DNA of 28,075 nt from a virus (taxonomy: Duplodnaviria; Heunggongvirae; Uroviricota; Caudoviricetes): IMG/VR virus record IMGVR_UViG_2744054962_000004; one strand, given 5' to 3'. How positions within the stretch are numbered: position 1 is the first letter of the stretch; the number at the start of each line of letters is the position of its first letter. This document shows, piece after piece, positions 8,364-16,400 of this stretch. Under the pieces are notes generated by a model that was not told the origin of the DNA, ran no database searches, and saw nothing but the letters and a program-made list of their open reading frames with translations. Position numbers and translations under genes: made by a program.

Positions 8364-10510
8364 TGTCTGGTAATATTATAGTTAGCACCCTAACAAACCG
8401 AGTGGTCTGGGATGTCGATCAGACAAGTTACGGCAAAGCCTTAAAGGCTGTTAAATCCATCAAAGCTGCTCACGAGAAGCCCGCTAAAGCGCTGGAGAAG
8501 GCCCAGAAGAGGACCGCTCAGATGGAAGGCAAGGCTTCACTAGCATCGGCTAAGGCTCAGACAGCGAAGCTCCGCCAGGCTGAACAATTGTCAAAACAGC
8601 AACAGAAACAAGCTCAGATACAAGCCAAAATGGAGCGGGACGCAATCGCCCACGCCAATAAAATGACCTCATTACAGGCTCGCCAGTTATCTCAGCAGGA
8701 GCAGGCAGCACGGCAGAATGCCCGTTTAGCAGCGATTTCTGCAAAAGTGCAGGCCGCAGCCAGATCACGAGCGATGACCTACAACCCAAACATGGGCGGT
8801 CAACATTACGATCCTGGTCTTGTTTCCCGCCAGACTGACGCAATGAACCGTGGTCACGGCGCTGTTGCTGCCGACATTGCAGCCACTAAAAGGGCTATGG
8901 CCTTAGAAGAAAAGCGCCAGCGTGAGAAAGAGGCCAGTCTTAAACGCCAGAGCACTGCATACGATACTCTGCGCCGTGCCAGTTTAACTATCAGTCATAT
9001 CGAAGGCGCTAGCCTGGCTGACAAGATGAAAGCTGTGCAGGCAATCAAAGAGGCTACCAAGGGATACTCCGAGCAGCGTTACACCATCGCAGAAATGCGC
9101 CATGAACTTGCTAAAGCGACTCTGGAAACCAGGCGGCAGGCACGTATTAACCGCCAGATTGTTAAAGATAAAGCGAAAGCCAAGCGAGCAGGGCGCATCA
9201 ATGCTCAACGTCTGACCAGTGAACGTAGCGAACGTGGTTATGGTGGCCTCGCTGCTACTGGTGTAATTGCAGGTGGTTCCCTGATTGGCTCAATGGGGGT
9301 TGCTCGTGTTGGTCAGACACTACAGGGCAGTGTTGAACGCAACCAACAGATGAAGGCTTTACAGTCTCAAGGCATCTCACGTCTTGAATATGAAGCTGTG
9401 CGCGATGTTGTCGCCAACAAAACCGGCTTTAATATTTCTCCAGACAAAGCCCTTGATTTTTCTGCTGACTATAACGACAAAGTGGGCCAGTTGACGGCTA
9501 ACGGAACATGGAAGACCAACAAAAACGGTCAATCAACGTTGTCCGGTGGTGGTGAACTTGGTGACCTTATCAACGCTATTGCAGGCAAATCCAACGTTGC
9601 CACGGCAAAGCGCGTTGTTAAAGAACTCCAGGGTATCGACTTTAATCTCTTCCTTGTGTACCTCAAGCAATTGCAGAAGACTTTTAAGTTCACGGATAAA
9701 GAAACAGCCGCTTTTGCAGAAGCGATCAACGACGCAAGCAAGATCCTTCCGGCATTTGCTGATGGTGGTGAAGCTGTTCAGAAACGTATGGATGACCTCG
9801 CCCGGAATGGTTACGCCCTGAGCGAAGCACAACAGGAACAGCTAAACCGCCTAAGCGCTCTCTCTGTTGAATATTCAAGGATCAACGATTCGTTGAGTGA
9901 TATTTTCAGCTCAGGTTTTGCTGATGGGTTGGGAGAGGTTGGCAAGAACACTTCCAGCTTTAGCAAAGGTATGGCTGGCCTCGTTCCTATTATGGATAGT
10001 TTGGGGAAGGCTGTAGGCCAGGTGACTGCTGATATGTTGTTATTTGCCGGACGGGTGGGCCAACGTGTTAACGAGGGTGCAACACTTCCGGATGCAGTCT
10101 ACAACACCGTTGTGGATGATTCCGCAAACGGTGCTGCCGATTGGATTAAGGAAAAGACCGGCTTTGATCCACGTAGCATCGGTCAGACGCTTAAGCAGAT
10201 TTACCCGTGGCTAGATAGTTCAGCACCAAGCAATATCGGCTCAGGCACAGCGTATAACGATCCAGCGCTAGCGTTGAATGTTCCAGGTCTAAACTATCAA
10301 ACACCCCAGCAACCAACGTTTACGGTTCCGACAATTGATAGCATAGTTCAGCGACAGCCGATTCCTGTTGCGGTCACTGGCGAAGCTGAGATTAAACTCT
10401 CACCGCTTGATATTAACGTGAATGACGGCGCTATTAACGGTTTGATTGATACAAAACTGAGGAGCTATGAGCAGGCACAGAACAACATGATCCTTGGTAT
10501 TGCTCAATGA
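8363..10510 (+). CDS. large coiled-coil protein with Gly-rich hydrophobic segment (tape-measure-like or scaffold-like phage structural protein)
   Basis: 715 aa from ATG 8363, SD AGGGGG. N-terminal ~300 aa are K/A/Q/R-rich heptad-like sequence. Central GGLAATGVIAGGSLIGSMGV hydrophobic Gly-zipper. N-terminus and architecture parallel the 613-aa protein of island 2 (24151..25992). No Walker A motif. Confidence 0.6.
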   Translation: MSGNIIVSTLTNRVVWDVDQTSYGKALKAVKSIKAAHEKPAKALEKAQKRTAQMEGKASLASAKAQTAKLRQAEQLSKQQQKQAQIQAKMERDAIAHANKMTSLQARQLSQQEQAARQNARLAAISAKVQAAARSRAMTYNPNMGGQHYDPGLVSRQTDAMNRGHGAVAADIAATKRAMALEEKRQREKEASLKRQSTAYDTLRRASLTISHIEGASLADKMKAVQAIKEATKGYSEQRYTIAEMRHELAKATLETRRQARINRQIVKDKAKAKRAGRINAQRLTSERSERGYGGLAATGVIAGGSLIGSMGVARVGQTLQGSVERNQQMKALQSQGISRLEYEAVRDVVANKTGFNISPDKALDFSADYNDKVGQLTANGTWKTNKNGQSTLSGGGELGDLINAIAGKSNVATAKRVVKELQGIDFNLFLVYLKQLQKTFKFTDKETAAFAEAINDASKILPAFADGGEAVQKRMDDLARNGYALSEAQQEQLNRLSALSVEYSRINDSLSDIFSSGFADGLGEVGKNTSSFSKGMAGLVPIMDSLGKAVGQVTADMLLFAGRVGQRVNEGATLPDAVYNTVVDDSANGAADWIKEKTGFDPRSIGQTLKQIYPWLDSSAPSNIGSGTAYNDPALALNVPGLNYQTPQQPTFTVPTIDSIVQRQPIPVAVTGEAEIKLSPLDINVNDGAINGLIDTKLRSYEQAQNNMILGIAQ

Positions 10511-10940
10511 TGAAACAGAGGGTGGCGAATTCGTCGCCCCTATCTCAACACCGCAATGCGTATGTATCAAATTTAGCGACAAATCAAATACTTTTCGTGA
10601 AATTTATTGTAAATAATAATCATTCGTGTTAAAATAATATACAAGGTGAATTACAACAGCCAAATGTCATTCCCTTCTATAAAGCAGGCTCTGTGACACC
10701 GTGGAGCCTCTTTTGTGATGTGTCGCTTCCAGCCTCTCACTGGACGTTTGCCAACGGGCGGTACATCACAAAAGATTCGCCCTAGGGCGTACAAAGTCTG
10801 GGCCTCTGGTCTGGATTTGCCATTAAATCCGGCTCTCCTCCGGTCATCAGCCATGATGCAAACTGGCTCAGGTGTTCAGCGTTTGAGGCTCCTTACCTCT
10901 TGGATGGCGCTGATCACCTTCTCATTCCTACCAGTGAAAT

Positions 10941-10975
10941 TGACTCCGGACGACTCTCCGTCGGGTCACTTTTTT
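10941..10975 (+). terminator. candidate Rho-independent terminator inside the 570-bp intergenic gap
   Basis: tgactccggacgac / cgtcgggtca imperfect stem followed by cTTTTTT (10969-10975). Confidence 0.4.
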
Positions 10976-11078
10976 CATCGGAACAATTCGAAAGGCTGGC
11001 CCTGTTGCCGTTTACGGCTCAAGCAGGCGCTGGCCTTTTGTTTACATAGCTATGTGAAATTTAACGGGAGTTAATAAT

Positions 11079-11420
11079 ATGAAAATGGGAACAACTGAAC
11101 GTTCTTACAATGACGCGATCGCGTATGCAATCGATCCGAATTTTGACCGCAAGACTATTACCGTCGATCTGGCTGTAGAAGTCCAGCCGGGTAGTTGCAT
11201 TACCAGCGCTGGGGCTGCTTATGTCTCTGGTGATGACTGCCTGCTGGTTCTGAGCCACCACAGGGCCGAAGATGCTGCTCATATCATCGTTGCTGATCGC
11301 GGGATTTACATCAAACAAGACACCATCGTCGCTGTTATGGGCGCTACCGCTGGCGCTAATGCTATTGCCGCACTCACCAAAACGGGCGCAATCCGTACCA
11401 GCGCACCGGACGCAGAATAA
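11079..11420 (+). CDS. small phage-structural-like protein (head-decoration-like or tail-terminator-like)
   Basis: 113-aa ORF with ATG start, Ala/Gly-rich, directly upstream of the 344-aa protein. The same small/large pair recurs in island 2 (22334..22717 then 22732..23763). Assignment rests on size and order only. Confidence 0.45.
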   Translation: MKMGTTERSYNDAIAYAIDPNFDRKTITVDLAVEVQPGSCITSAGAAYVSGDDCLLVLSHHRAEDAAHIIVADRGIYIKQDTIVAVMGATAGANAIAALTKTGAIRTSAPDAE

Positions 11421-11438
11421 TAATAAGGAGAAGACAAC

Positions 11439-12473
11439 ATGGGACTATCAACCAATTTCAGCTACGCGGATTACACCAATACCTTTGTTAACATGGATGC
11501 AAAGAACACTTTGCTGTCCACGCTTAATGTTTTCAATGATCGACAGACTTCGGCTAGTCCAAAGGTCAGCCTTGATATCATTGATGAAGTAGCCCAGAAG
11601 GTGGCAAGCTCTGTTAATCGTTACGGCTCTGAGTGGTCCAGCATTCCTAAGCGTAGCTCTAGCAATCACCTTATCGAAGCTCCGCTTTATGCTTATCAGG
11701 ACCGTATTACAGCGGCAGACGTGCAACCATACCGCAAACCAGGTTCCGACCTGCAAATGTCTGTAATGGATGCGGTCACTTCTTCTGCTGTCGCAATGCA
11801 CGATAAGTACATGCGTACCCGTGAGCGGATTTTTGCTGATGCGCTTTTTCGTAATACCGTCGAAGCGACCTACACCCAGCAGCCAATCATTTCCTGGGAA
11901 GATGAATTTGGATACCAACAGGCAACCGGGACAATCAAAACCAGCGTTAGCTCTGGTGACCCACTTCGCAGCCTCGATGATGCAGTAACCGCTGCTAAAG
12001 TGCGCATGGGGGGCCTGGCTGGTCAGCTTGATGGATTTATCCTGTTTGCAGGTAGCAATGTTTATCGCGGCATTAAGTATCACCCTGATGTTCGTCAGAA
12101 TGTTCAGTTCGGTGTGCTTGATCGGGATGTTCTGTTTAATAAAGAAGTGCTTCCGGCATTCTCAACATTCATCATTGAAAATGTTCGAGTGGTGGAGGTC
12201 ACGGATCAGGCACTATACGGAATTGGTCCGGATGAATCCTTCCTGGTTCCACGCTTTAGCAAACCGCTGTCTTCGGATATTGCTCTGCCCTTCGGTTATG
12301 TGGCAACGGCTACCAGCCGCAATCTTGATCTGGCATTTGCTGATCCGGTTGATTTCCGTATCTGGAGCGTACAAGACAAGTTTAAGAACGTTGAGCTATT
12401 CGCGGAAAGCTCTATCTTGCCTGTTGTGTACCGCCCGGATTTCACTACACGACTGACGAACGACGCAGCGTAA
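11439..12473 (+). CDS. phage-structural-like protein, ~344 aa (major-capsid-E-like or major-tail-like)
   Basis: ATG start with SD AAGGAG 8 nt upstream. N-terminal region is similar to the island 2 343-aa protein (STNFSY...NTLLSTLNVFND vs STYFGV...NTLITNLDLFDV). Size and pairing with the upstream small gene mirror the lambda D/E arrangement, but fold not verified. Confidence 0.5.
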   Translation: MGLSTNFSYADYTNTFVNMDAKNTLLSTLNVFNDRQTSASPKVSLDIIDEVAQKVASSVNRYGSEWSSIPKRSSSNHLIEAPLYAYQDRITAADVQPYRKPGSDLQMSVMDAVTSSAVAMHDKYMRTRERIFADALFRNTVEATYTQQPIISWEDEFGYQQATGTIKTSVSSGDPLRSLDDAVTAAKVRMGGLAGQLDGFILFAGSNVYRGIKYHPDVRQNVQFGVLDRDVLFNKEVLPAFSTFIIENVRVVEVTDQALYGIGPDESFLVPRFSKPLSSDIALPFGYVATATSRNLDLAFADPVDFRIWSVQDKFKNVELFAESSILPVVYRPDFTTRLTNDAA

Positions 12474-12554
12474 GACAGCGGATTTTGGGGCTGACTATTT
12501 GGCCCCACCGTGAAGAATTGCCTGAAAAGGCGAGGCAAAGAAGAGGTGATTAGT

Positions 12555-12758
12555 ATGAAAATTCAATTTCAGACGAATAACGGTTTCCCGTTGCTGACTG
12601 TTGCAGACGAGCGCGTTTTAGATTTTCTGAACGTTAGCGCCGTGTGTCGGTTCCTGAAGGTTCCGCGCTCCTCGTTCATGATGAACGTTGAGCAATACGG
12701 GCTTGAAAAGGCAATCAGTGAAGCCCTGCTGAAGTTAAGAAAGAATAAAAATTGTTAA
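12555..12758 (+). CDS. small hypothetical protein (67 aa)
   Basis: In-frame ATG at 12555 with SD AAGAGG 8 nt upstream, inside the GTG-initiated track ORF 12510..12758. Confidence 0.4.
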   Translation: MKIQFQTNNGFPLLTVADERVLDFLNVSAVCRFLKVPRSSFMMNVEQYGLEKAISEALLKLRKNKNC

Positions 12759-12917
12759 TATTCAATATGTTGTTGTTTGTTGTCAAAAGAATCATTGTGT
12801 TTGTTTTTCGCGCATTTACTTGACACCCTGATGTAGATTGCGTAACCTTCACATAAAACTATTGCCTGCGATGTGTTCAGGTATTGTCGGAAACCCATCT
12901 TTAACCGAGGAGGTAAA

Positions 12918-13076
12918 ATGGCTATCACAAGTAGTATGTTTGGTCGCACCATCCTGACTGGTAAGGATGCTGAACAAATGCTCAAGCAGATGAGCAACGC
13001 TAAGCCTAACGATAAGGCTAAGCGTTCTTTAGAAAATGCTCGTCAGCTCCGCCAAAAAATGGCAAAAAAAGCATAA
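12918..13076 (+). CDS. small protein (52 aa), possible ribbon-helix-helix regulator or antitoxin partner of the downstream GNAT gene
   Basis: ATG at 12918 with excellent SD GAGGAGG 4-5 nt upstream. Predicted short strand then helices (RTILTGKDAEQMLKQM...). Lies 30 bp upstream of the GNAT-like gene. Confidence 0.5.
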   Translation: MAITSSMFGRTILTGKDAEQMLKQMSNAKPNDKAKRSLENARQLRQKMAKKA

Positions 13077-13106
13077 TAAAAACTAAGGGCAGGTTGTTAA
13101 ACGAAA

Positions 13107-13685
13107 ATGGATGATGTGTTACAACCTGACCTTCAGATTCTTCCCCTAAATCATTTCCATAACCACAAACGTTTCAGCAGTGGTTCAGAAGAATTCCAAC
13201 CTCTTAAATCTTTTCTTCAGAAAGATGCTTTATTATTTCAAGATGGTTGTATAGCTCAAACTTATGTTGTTGTTGATGACAACATGCGGAAGGATAAAGA
13301 AGAGCCTCTCGAAACATTCCCTCATAAAGTATTAGGTTATATAACGCTGACTTGCAGCCAAGTTAACCTTAAAGAATATGACTTAGGGGACTGTGTTCGT
13401 GCAAATACGTATGAGTACTTACCTGCCGTCAAGATTGCCCGTTTAGCTGTGGATGCAAAGTGTCGGACTGGCGGGATCGGTTCAATGCTGTTCGAATACG
13501 CCTTATTAATGTCATTGGATGATATTCGCCCTATGGTTGGGTGCAGGTTCTTGATAACCGATGCTAAGAGAAGTGCCATGGATTTTTATTATAAAAAAGG
13601 GATGGAGCTTCTTGATACGCAAGAAAATCAAGAGGCTGACCACCCCATAATGTTCATCGATCTTTTCACATTACTTGAAAACTGA
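13107..13685 (+). CDS. GNAT-family acetyltransferase, candidate GNAT-type toxin (TacT/AtaT-like)
   Basis: 192-aa ORF. ...LPAVKIARLAVDAKCRTGGIGSMLFEYAL... matches the GNAT acetyl-CoA-binding motif A (R-x-x-G-x-G after a beta strand). Preceded by a small ORF in toxin-antitoxin-like order. 3' end overlaps the integrase 3' end by 20 bp (convergent). Confidence 0.6.
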   Translation: MDDVLQPDLQILPLNHFHNHKRFSSGSEEFQPLKSFLQKDALLFQDGCIAQTYVVVDDNMRKDKEEPLETFPHKVLGYITLTCSQVNLKEYDLGDCVRANTYEYLPAVKIARLAVDAKCRTGGIGSMLFEYALLMSLDDIRPMVGCRFLITDAKRSAMDFYYKKGMELLDTQENQEADHPIMFIDLFTLLEN

Positions 13686-14871
13686 TCATCTCCACATACC
13701 CCGATAGCTCCCTCATCCCCGCGCCAGCGCTGTACGTTCTGAAACTCTCCGTTTTGCCTCGCTCATGGCCCACGATTAGGGCGATCCTGTCTTCTGGTAC
13801 ACCATGCCGATCAAGCTGGCTGATAAACATTCCTCGCAGACTATGAAACACCTTCCGCTCCGTGCCTTTCTCACCCAACGCTTTACGTTTAGCCCGTGTA
13901 AATCGCTGTGTATGCCACGTTGAGCGCTTGCCGTCTGCACGTTCGGTGATGCTGGCATGGTAGAACAGAAAGCCGTTGTGGTTGTTCTGGATGAGGTTTT
14001 TAATCAGTTTCGTCAATCGGCTATGAATTGGAACCAGGCGAGCCGCATTGCGTGTCTTACCCTCCGTCACATCGAAACACCATACCCCCTCAACGGTTTT
14101 GATATTGCTGATTTGCAGAGAGCAGATTTCGTTAAGGCGCATACCGCTATACATTCCCACTATCGCAACGGCTTTCATCTCTTCATCAAGCATCGCATAC
14201 ACCTTAGCCAGTTCGTCACCGCTAAAGGGTTCGTAGCTTTCTCGATCATGGCGCACGTCCAGTTTGTGGCCCGTGAATACATTGGCTTTCGGTGCGTCGT
14301 GATAGCGGTTTTGGGCTTGTGCCACTAGTTGGGACAGACAGCCAAGATAATTCGCCAGTGTCTGGCTGGCTTTCTCCTGCTTGGCGCTGTCTAACCAATC
14401 GGTGACCATAGTCCTGTTGATTTCCTGCAACTGGAAATCCTTACGCCGGAAATGAGCCGTGAAGACCTCCACCGCCTTAATGTACTTGCTCAGGGTAGAC
14501 AGCTTGCGCCTGTCACTGTGTTGGACAATAAATTCATCCCGCAGTTGAACAAGGGAGGGACACACACGAGCCGTGGCGAAGTCTATCCCATTATTTTGGC
14601 TTACATGCTGGTTGATAGAGCGCAGTTCCACCAGGACGCGATCGACACTGTTACGTTGGGGTTTTGGCTTGAGTCGGTCTCTGATAGCAAAAAATTCGTG
14701 CATGACTTTGTCACGAATGATTCGGGCTTCCCTGATATCTGCCGTGCCAGTTGTACGCATGAATGCTGTTCGATTCCCAAAAAGGGAACGCATATAAGGC
14801 GGAATAGTGACCTTGACGGAGTACACCGAAGAGTTTTCTTTAACAAGGTACGCATTAGGCTTGTATTTCAT
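13666..14871 (-). CDS. tyrosine recombinase / phage integrase (island 1)
   Basis: 401-aa ORF with ATG start. Box I region ...GMRLNEI..., then ...KVFHSLR..., ...GHERGKTESFRTY... consistent with the R...HxxR...Y catalytic signature. Sits next to the att repeat and shares a 49-aa identical block with the island 2 integrase. Confidence 0.9.
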   Translation of the reverse strand: MKYKPNAYLVKENSSVYSVKVTIPPYMRSLFGNRTAFMRTTGTADIREARIIRDKVMHEFFAIRDRLKPKPQRNSVDRVLVELRSINQHVSQNNGIDFATARVCPSLVQLRDEFIVQHSDRRKLSTLSKYIKAVEVFTAHFRRKDFQLQEINRTMVTDWLDSAKQEKASQTLANYLGCLSQLVAQAQNRYHDAPKANVFTGHKLDVRHDRESYEPFSGDELAKVYAMLDEEMKAVAIVGMYSGMRLNEICSLQISNIKTVEGVWCFDVTEGKTRNAARLVPIHSRLTKLIKNLIQNNHNGFLFYHASITERADGKRSTWHTQRFTRAKRKALGEKGTERKVFHSLRGMFISQLDRHGVPEDRIALIVGHERGKTESFRTYSAGAGMRELSGYVEMISFQVM

Positions 14872-14986
14872 CTTTCCCCCGATCTAATATTCAGGGGCAA
14901 CTGTGATCAGTTGTGTCAGTTTTGCCTTTCAGGAGCAGCGCATACGGTTCGAAGAATCAATGACTTGTGAAACACGTCATTGGAAT

Positions 14987-15022
14987 CGAAGGTCGTAGGT
15001 TCGACTCCTATTATCGGCACCA
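14987..15022 (+). repeat. junction att core: displaced 3' fragment of tRNA-Thr (with CCA) between island 1 and island 2
   Basis: cgaaggtcgtaggttcgactcctattatcggcacCA: identical to tRNA positions 41-74, followed by an intact CCA end; no 5' half present, so not a functional tRNA. Confidence 0.85.
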
Positions 15023-15628
15023 TCAAGAAAATCAATAACTTAGCTTAACTTCTCTAAGAAATTGTATCTTCTGTTATCACTTACAAACGCCTATACGTTG
15101 TTATGGGCTTTGGTAGTGTAACACGTATGGGCGAGTAGTTCCCAGGCTCAACCTCGTAACAAGTTCCTTTGAAGCTGGAAGACGTGCCACCGTCTCTAAA
15201 CCTTCTACCAAAACTCTTAGCAAGATGTTCCACACCTGGCGCGGTGTCCAATGATGCTACACGTCGTGAGACGTTGCAGAGGATAAACAGGCTAAATGAT
15301 GGGAAGAGTTTTAAGTGCAATAGTGGATCAAAGCCCACCTCTTCAAAACCTAACTTGATCGGGAAAGAATCAAGCTCTAGCACGGTTTCGTCCACCGGAG
15401 TACAACGGGTGCCTGATAAGAGAAGAACTGCTAAGACTTCATAGCTTTTGTGAAAAAGCCCTTTTTAGTGGATACGCCTACGGCGCTTATTTTTTGGTAT
15501 AACCATCAAAGGCGCTTTATGGCTCCTATTGTCTTGAAAATGTATCTTTACTTGTATTGTGTTTTATGCGTAGTCTCCCTGTGTAGTATGTAACTTGTTA
15601 ATTTTCATATGAATACAGAGGCAACACG

Positions 15629-15781
15629 ATGAAAAATATTGCAGCTATCAAACGTAATAACCGCAAGATTCACGCTCGTAAGTTCCTGTCTACGCCAGAA
15701 GGAAAAGCCTGGCTAGAGCGTAAACAGAGAGAGAACGAAGAAAGAAAACTCCTTAGTGAGTTGAAATGGCTTAAGGATTGA
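15629..15781 (+). CDS. small basic protein (50 aa), function unknown
   Basis: ATG 15629 with SD GAGG 7 nt upstream, stop TGA 15779-15781; absent from the ORF track because it is under 60 aa. MKNIAAIKRNNRKIHARKF... is highly basic. Confidence 0.4.
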   Translation: MKNIAAIKRNNRKIHARKFLSTPEGKAWLERKQRENEERKLLSELKWLKD

Positions 15782-15791
15782 ATCACCAGTA

Positions 15792-15833
15792 GGCGCATAA
15801 CACATCCAGCGATCAAAGATGTGTTTATGCGCC
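15792..15833. other. long near-perfect hairpin (15-bp stem) between convergent mini-ORFs
   Basis: GGCGCATAACACATC (15792-15806) pairs with GATGTGTTTATGCGCC (15818-15833) with one bulge and an 11-nt loop; no U-tract on either side. Confidence 0.5.
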
Positions 15834-15847
15834 TGATAGTGAAATTA

Positions 15848-16006
15848 TTAAAGTCGTTTAGTTAACATCGCCATTGCTTGAGCAATAATTGCAACAGCGT
15901 CCATCTCTTCACTGGAAGCGATGCAAATGCGGTAACTAATAGCCACAATGAATACATCAATAACGAGAAAGTGAATAGTGTGAAGATGTTTTGAAAGTAA
16001 ATGCAT
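15848..16006 (-). CDS. small hydrophobic protein (52 aa), function unknown
   Basis: ATG at 16006 with strong SD GGAGG and 5-nt spacer; my reverse-strand translation is MHLLSKHLHTIHFLVIDVFIVAISYRICIASSEEMDAVAIIAQAMAMLTKRL. In a different frame from the TTG-initiated track ORF 15862..16071. Confidence 0.4.
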   Translation of the reverse strand: MHLLSKHLHTIHFLVIDVFIVAISYRICIASSEEMDAVAIIAQAMAMLTKRL

Positions 16007-16400
16007 AACTTCCTCCGGTTTTGGGATAGGAGGATTAGAACATGCATTAAATGATGTTGCAAGAATGGCAATTTACCCTAATAGTCTACTATTCACCTCA
16101 ATCTACGTCAACCAATATTTGATGTAGATTTAATTTTCTTTTAAAAACAATATGTTGTTATTTGTTGAATTTTGGGGTTAGGTTGTTTTTTGAACGTTTT
16201 CATCAAGTGTAAAGATACGTTTAGCCTTCATAGTGAGTTCAGTTACTGTCTTTTTCTCTGAAATCGGCGCAAACGTGATCATCGCTTGAGGTTGCTGCTC
16301 TTACTTCTCAAATTGTGATGGAGAACGATAAAGGTTAGAGGGCACTTTTATTTTTTTAAGCAAGTGTATAGCATAAGAATAATCTAAAAAGGGAGGTTAT

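Larger units (their letters stand above)
1443..15022. mobile_element. integrative island 1 (~13.6 kb) inserted at the 3' end of tRNA-Thr; phage-satellite-like or cryptic phage-derived element
   Basis: Bounded by the 34-bp tRNA 3'-end direct repeats. Tyrosine integrase at the right end (13666..14871, minus strand) abutting the repeat. Internal replication-like and phage-structural-like genes. Compositionally heterogeneous cargo. Confidence 0.75.

Noticed and set aside
10651-11074. ORFs 10715..11074 (plus) and 10651..10854 (minus) in the gap before the small structural gene
   Set aside because: No SD, Pro/Arg/Leu-rich unstructured translations, and overlap with a terminator-like hairpin; the region is better explained as non-coding.
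13776-14970. Plus-strand ORFs 13957..14328, 14048..14236, 14452..14970 and 14573..14797, and minus-strand ORFs 13776..13958 and 14601..14855
   Set aside because: All lie inside, and mostly antisense to, the integrase gene, which has a clear catalytic signature in its own frame; antisense or alternate-frame artefacts.
14987-15022. A second tRNA-Thr gene at the island junction
   Set aside because: Only the 3' 36 nt of the tRNA (positions 41-76) are present, with no 5' half, D-arm or anticodon arm; it is the att duplication, not a gene.
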